Positions 62,401-64,000 of a stretch of 64,000 nt of DNA are shown one piece after another (the first letter of the stretch is position 1; each line of letters starts with the position of its first letter). Made by a program: the position numbers and the translations under genes. The stretch is taken from assembly GCF_006345805.1 (NCBI RefSeq), contig NC_043010.1:66092001-66156000 (forward strand). The letters run 5' to 3'. Below the pieces are notes generated by a model, which saw only the letters and a list, made by a program, of their open reading frames with translations, was not told the origin of the DNA and made no database searches. Origin of the DNA: Octopus sinensis. Its lineage: Eukaryota.

Positions 62401-63951
62401 AAAACATCATTGTCATCATCATCATTGTTATTATTAATATTATTATTGTGAAAATCAAATCAAATCAAATCAAAATAGATGAACATCAACGGAATTTGTA
62501 TCTTTGTGGTACCAGTGCCGGTGGCACACAAGAAAACCATCCGAACGTGGCCGTAGCCAGTACCGCATCGACTGGCCTCCGTGCTGTGGGCACGTAACAA
62601 ACACCATCCGATCGTGGCCGTTCGCCAGCCTCATCTGGCACCTGTGTCGGTGGCACATAAAAACACCATCCGAGCGTGGCCGTCTGCCAGCCTCGTCTGG
62701 CACCTGTGTCGGTGGCACATAAAATCACCCACTACACTCTCGGAGTGGTTGGCATTAGGAAGGGCATCCAGCTGTAGAAACACTGCCAGATCTGACTGGC
62801 CTGGTGCAGCCTTCGGGCTCCCCAGACCCCAGTTGAACCGTCTAACCCATGCTAGCATGGAAAGCGGACGTTAAATGATGATGATGATGATGAAAGTATG
62901 TGAAGCAGGATTAAAGGATTAACTGAGAGAATTACAAGTTGTTTCAGATGATCACACAAGATGCATACACAATGTGCACAAAGTTAGATTAGTTTAGAGA
63001 TTTGAAGAGAAGAATTTAAGAGACAGAGAGATAGATACATCATCATCACCGTTTAACGTCCGCTTTCCATGCTAGCATGGGTTGGACGATTTTGACTGAG
63101 GGCTGGCGAACCAGATGGCTGCACCAGGCTCCAATCTTGATCTGGCAGAGTTTCTACAGCTGGATGCCCTTCCTAACACCAACCACTCCGAGAGTGTAGT
63201 GGGTGCTTTTACATGCCACTAGCACGGGGGCCGGTAAGGCAATACTGGCAACGACCTTGCTTGAATCTTTTTATACATGCCACCACGCTCGCATGGTGCC
63301 TTTCATGTGCCACCGGCACGGAAGCCAGTTAGCCGCTCTGGCAACGATCACGTTCAGATGGTGCTCTTAGCACCCTACTAATATGGGGCTCGAGTGCCAG
63401 TAAGGTGATGCTGGTAACGATCACACTCGAATGATGCTTTTTACGTGCTACTGGCATGGAAGGCGATTAGCCGCTCTGTCAATGATCACACTCGTATGGT
63501 GCTCTTTGCACCTTGCTAGCACGGATGCCAGTCATCGAATTGGTCATAGAAGGAAAAAGAAAGGCAGAGAGTTGGATAGAAAAAAAGAGAAATGCTGAGA
63601 AAGATGAAAAGAGAAACGAGAGAGAGAGAGAGAGAGAGGAAGATAGAGAAACAGATAAAGAAGAGAGAGAGAAAGGAATCTAGAGATAAAGTGGGGAGAA
63701 GGGTGAAAAGTGGGAGTGAGAGAGAGAGGAGAGTGAGATAATGTTAAAGGGAAGGAAAGAAAAAAAGAAAGACAGAGTAATGAGAGAGAAAGAGAGAAAA
63801 ATCTGTACGTTACCAACGATGATTTTACGAATGGGAGCAATCAAAAAGAGTGGCAGATGTTGATCCATTTGGCAACTGAGGCTGAGATGAGAGCGCAGAC
63901 AATGCACCAGTTCAGATATATGATCACAGGACACAACCACGTGGTGGTAAT
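37358..63951 (-). CDS. HTT: Huntingtin, 3' portion: 16 coding exons (A-P), ~783 codons, 5' end outside window
   Basis: Exon translations follow the C-terminal part of human huntingtin in order ([99 protein letters not shown]). All 15 introns are GT-AG and phases chain without frameshift. Summed exon length is 2354 nt, ending in TAG at 37358-37360. Confidence 0.97.
37725..37950 (+). mobile_element. Penelope-like element GIY-YIG endonuclease C-terminal fragment, in last HTT intron
   Basis: [12 protein letters not shown]...IKWTVI...[19 protein letters not shown]...[14 protein letters not shown]. Confidence 0.7.
38466..38918 (+). mobile_element. SINE family A (full), antisense in last HTT intron
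   Basis: Family consensus. Confidence 0.9.
39194..39354 (-). CDS. HTT: HTT exon O (161 nt)
   Basis: aatttcag|; [53 protein letters not shown](L); donor gtatcc. Confidence 0.96.
39374..40375. repeat. ~1-kb (ATC/ATT)n trinucleotide array next to the HTT exon O acceptor
   Basis: Visible directly; interrupted at ~40319-40346 by ttaggttggtgcataattattgcgg (mariner TIR-like) and ending in a family B tail. Confidence 0.97.
40562..40724 (-). CDS. HTT: HTT exon N (163 nt)
   Basis: tgttgcag|; (R)[54 protein letters not shown]; donor gtatgt. Confidence 0.96.
40803..41178 (+). mobile_element. SINE family A (full)
   Basis: Family consensus. Confidence 0.9.
41351..41749 (+). mobile_element. SINE family A (full)
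   Basis: Family consensus. Confidence 0.9.
42176..42317 (-). CDS. HTT: HTT exon M (142 nt)
   Basis: ccctaaag|; (G)[46 protein letters not shown](R); donor gtgagt. Confidence 0.92.
42412..42755. repeat. Degenerate ~29-bp minisatellite (~12 copies)
   Basis: atgtgggatattagagtacttggggctac-like units. Confidence 0.8.
43288..43730 (-). mobile_element. Retroposon family B
   Basis: Family consensus. Confidence 0.8.
44087..44154 (-). CDS. HTT: HTT exon L (68 nt)
   Basis: gtttttag|; (R)[22 protein letters not shown](G); donor gtaaat. Confidence 0.93.
44233..44533. mobile_element. hAT-like MITE with internal ~20-bp tandem repeat (ccatatggaaccc..)
   Basis: TIRs gtggttctcaacc / ggttgaccaccac. Confidence 0.55.
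45250..46640. repeat. 66-bp minisatellite (~21 copies) inside a family B element (45053-46660)
   Basis: Unit tgcatgtgtgccagtcaggctgcactggcatcaaccacactcaaatggtgctttttacgtgccacc; period read from 45431/45497. Confidence 0.95.
47018..47395. mobile_element. Tc1/mariner-like MITE
   Basis: TA-cactaccgtcagaaattaattagcac ... gtgctaattaatttctgacgcaagtg-TA. Confidence 0.7.
47643..47788 (-). CDS. HTT: HTT exon K (146 nt)
   Basis: tgttacag|; [48 protein letters not shown](R); donor gtaagt. Confidence 0.95.
47960..48161. mobile_element. hAT-like MITE
   Basis: TIRs cagcagttcccaac / gttgggaacccctg. Confidence 0.6.
48215..48520 (-). mobile_element. Retroposon family B
   Basis: Family consensus. Confidence 0.8.
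49056..49285 (-). mobile_element. piggyBac-type MITE
   Basis: ttaaccctttcattactg ... gggttggtattaaaaggtttaa; same family. Confidence 0.7.
49591..49705 (-). CDS. HTT: HTT exon J (115 nt)
   Basis: ttccccag|; (Q)[38 protein letters not shown]; donor gtaaat. Confidence 0.93.
49790..50460. repeat. 96-bp tandem repeat (~7 copies) from the family B 3' region
   Basis: ttcctaacgg recurs at 49875, 49971 and onward. Confidence 0.95.
50490..51105. repeat. 67-bp tandem repeat (~9 copies) from the family B internal subrepeat
   Basis: Units start at 50554, 50621, 50688, 50755, 50822, 50889, 50956, 51023. Confidence 0.95.
52412..52855 (+). mobile_element. SINE family A (full)
   Basis: Family consensus. 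Confidence 0.9.
53083..53270 (-). CDS. HTT: HTT exon I (188 nt)
   Basis: gtttgcag|; [62 protein letters not shown](Q); donor gtacgt. Confidence 0.95.
53830..53985 (-). CDS. HTT: HTT exon H (156 nt)
   Basis: gccaacag|; [52 protein letters not shown]; donor gtacgt. Confidence 0.95.
54130..54536 (-). mobile_element. tRNA-derived SINE family D
   Basis: Head ggcgcaatggcccagtggttagggcagcggactcgcagtc..ggtttcgattcccagacc; other copies at 11258-11437 (-) and 28565-28800 (+); shared tail at 22290-22445 and 38945-39060. Confidence 0.85.
54865..55040 (+). mobile_element. SINE family A (3' half)
   Basis: Family consensus. Confidence 0.8.
55172..55441 (-). CDS. HTT: HTT exon G (270 nt)
   Basis: aaaaccag|; ISIDSIW...[38 protein letters not shown]; donor gtaagt. 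Confidence 0.95.
55741..55911. repeat. Hairpin, 81-bp arms and 9-nt loop, flanked by TA runs
   Basis: accaattaaggactgaacac...cacaaaagatt / aatcttttgtg...gttcagtccttaattggt. Confidence 0.9.
56152..56266 (-). CDS. HTT: HTT exon F (115 nt)
   Basis: ccctctag|; (N)[38 protein letters not shown], compare human INPERELG...LGQ; donor gtcagt. Confidence 0.9.
56298..56645 (+). mobile_element. SINE family A (diverged)
   Basis: Family consensus. Confidence 0.75.
56931..57556. repeat. Direct repeat pair plus inverted copy in HTT intron E-F
   Basis: 56931-57080 matches 57272-57425; 57443-57556 is inverted. Confidence 0.75.
57909..57977 (-). CDS. HTT: HTT exon E (69 nt)
   Basis: catttcag|; (K)[22 protein letters not shown](N), compare human FGRKLSIIRGIVEQEIQ; donor gtaaga. 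Confidence 0.9.
58170..58975 (-). mobile_element. Multimeric piggyBac-type MITE cluster interrupted by a duplicated segment
   Basis: Same ~220-bp family in reverse; junctions at 58206-58233 and 58736-58766. Confidence 0.75.
59131..59285 (-). CDS. HTT: HTT exon D (155 nt)
   Basis: catttcag|; [51 protein letters not shown](K); donor gtaagt. Confidence 0.93.
59395..59513. repeat. (AGT)n/(AGC)n microsatellite in HTT intron C-D
   Basis: Visible directly. Confidence 0.95.
60473..60570 (-). CDS. HTT: HTT exon C (98 nt)
   Basis: cttatag|; (G)[32 protein letters not shown]; donor gtgggt. Confidence 0.95.
60852..61927 (-). mobile_element. piggyBac deletion derivative with TIRs, TTAA TSD and transposase N-terminal fragment, in HTT intron B-C
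   Basis: TTAA-ccctttcgttac ... gtaacggaaggg-TTAA; ORF 61266-61658 has FSEETGP...ALDYFFLLF...[10 protein letters not shown], typical of the piggyBac/PGBD N-terminus. Confidence 0.85.
62114..62290 (-). CDS. HTT: HTT exon B (177 nt)
   Basis: tttgtcag|; (G)[58 protein letters not shown](G); donor gtttgt. Confidence 0.95.
62452..62893 (+). mobile_element. Retroposon family B (near full)
   Basis: Family consensus; close relative of the 15722-16165 copy. Confidence 0.85.
63038..63545 (-). mobile_element. Retroposon family B
   Basis: Family consensus. Confidence 0.85.
63814..63951 (-). CDS. HTT: HTT exon A (138 nt, phase 1-1)
   Basis: tttccctag|AT TAC..; (D)[45 protein letters not shown](G); donor gtaacg. 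Confidence 0.85.
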
Positions 63952-64000
63952 CTAGGGAAAGACAACAAAGTGGAAGAGAGAGAGAATAAGGATAATACAT

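Overview
Repeat-rich, intron-rich metazoan genomic DNA. It is most likely an octopod cephalopod; this is inferred from the SINE families and microsatellite density. Three genes can be reconstructed by hand from GT-AG boundaries and phase continuity. (1) A + strand SH2 adaptor (about 1298-13362) has a polyproline exon, a Tyr motif and a C-terminal SH2 domain of the SLP-76/BLNK/CLNK (or SH3BP2-like) type. (2) A + strand caspase (26600-27562) has its CDS in one exon. It keeps the His/Cys dyad (SHG, SACRN) but carries an ~80-residue Glu/Lys-rich coiled-coil-like insertion inside the p20 fold, and it lies just downstream of an ~800-bp foldback. (3) The last 16 coding exons of huntingtin (~783 codons) run on the - strand (63951 to 37358); its 5' part lies beyond the window. 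The rest is tRNA-derived SINEs, a (GAT)n-tailed retroposon that seeds tandem arrays, decayed CR1-like/RTE LINEs, Penelope-like relics with hammerhead-like motifs, piggyBac/mariner/hAT MITEs, hairpins and microsatellites. Most long ORFs in the supplied track are repeat artefacts. The strongest novelty candidate is the coiled-coil-inserted caspase.
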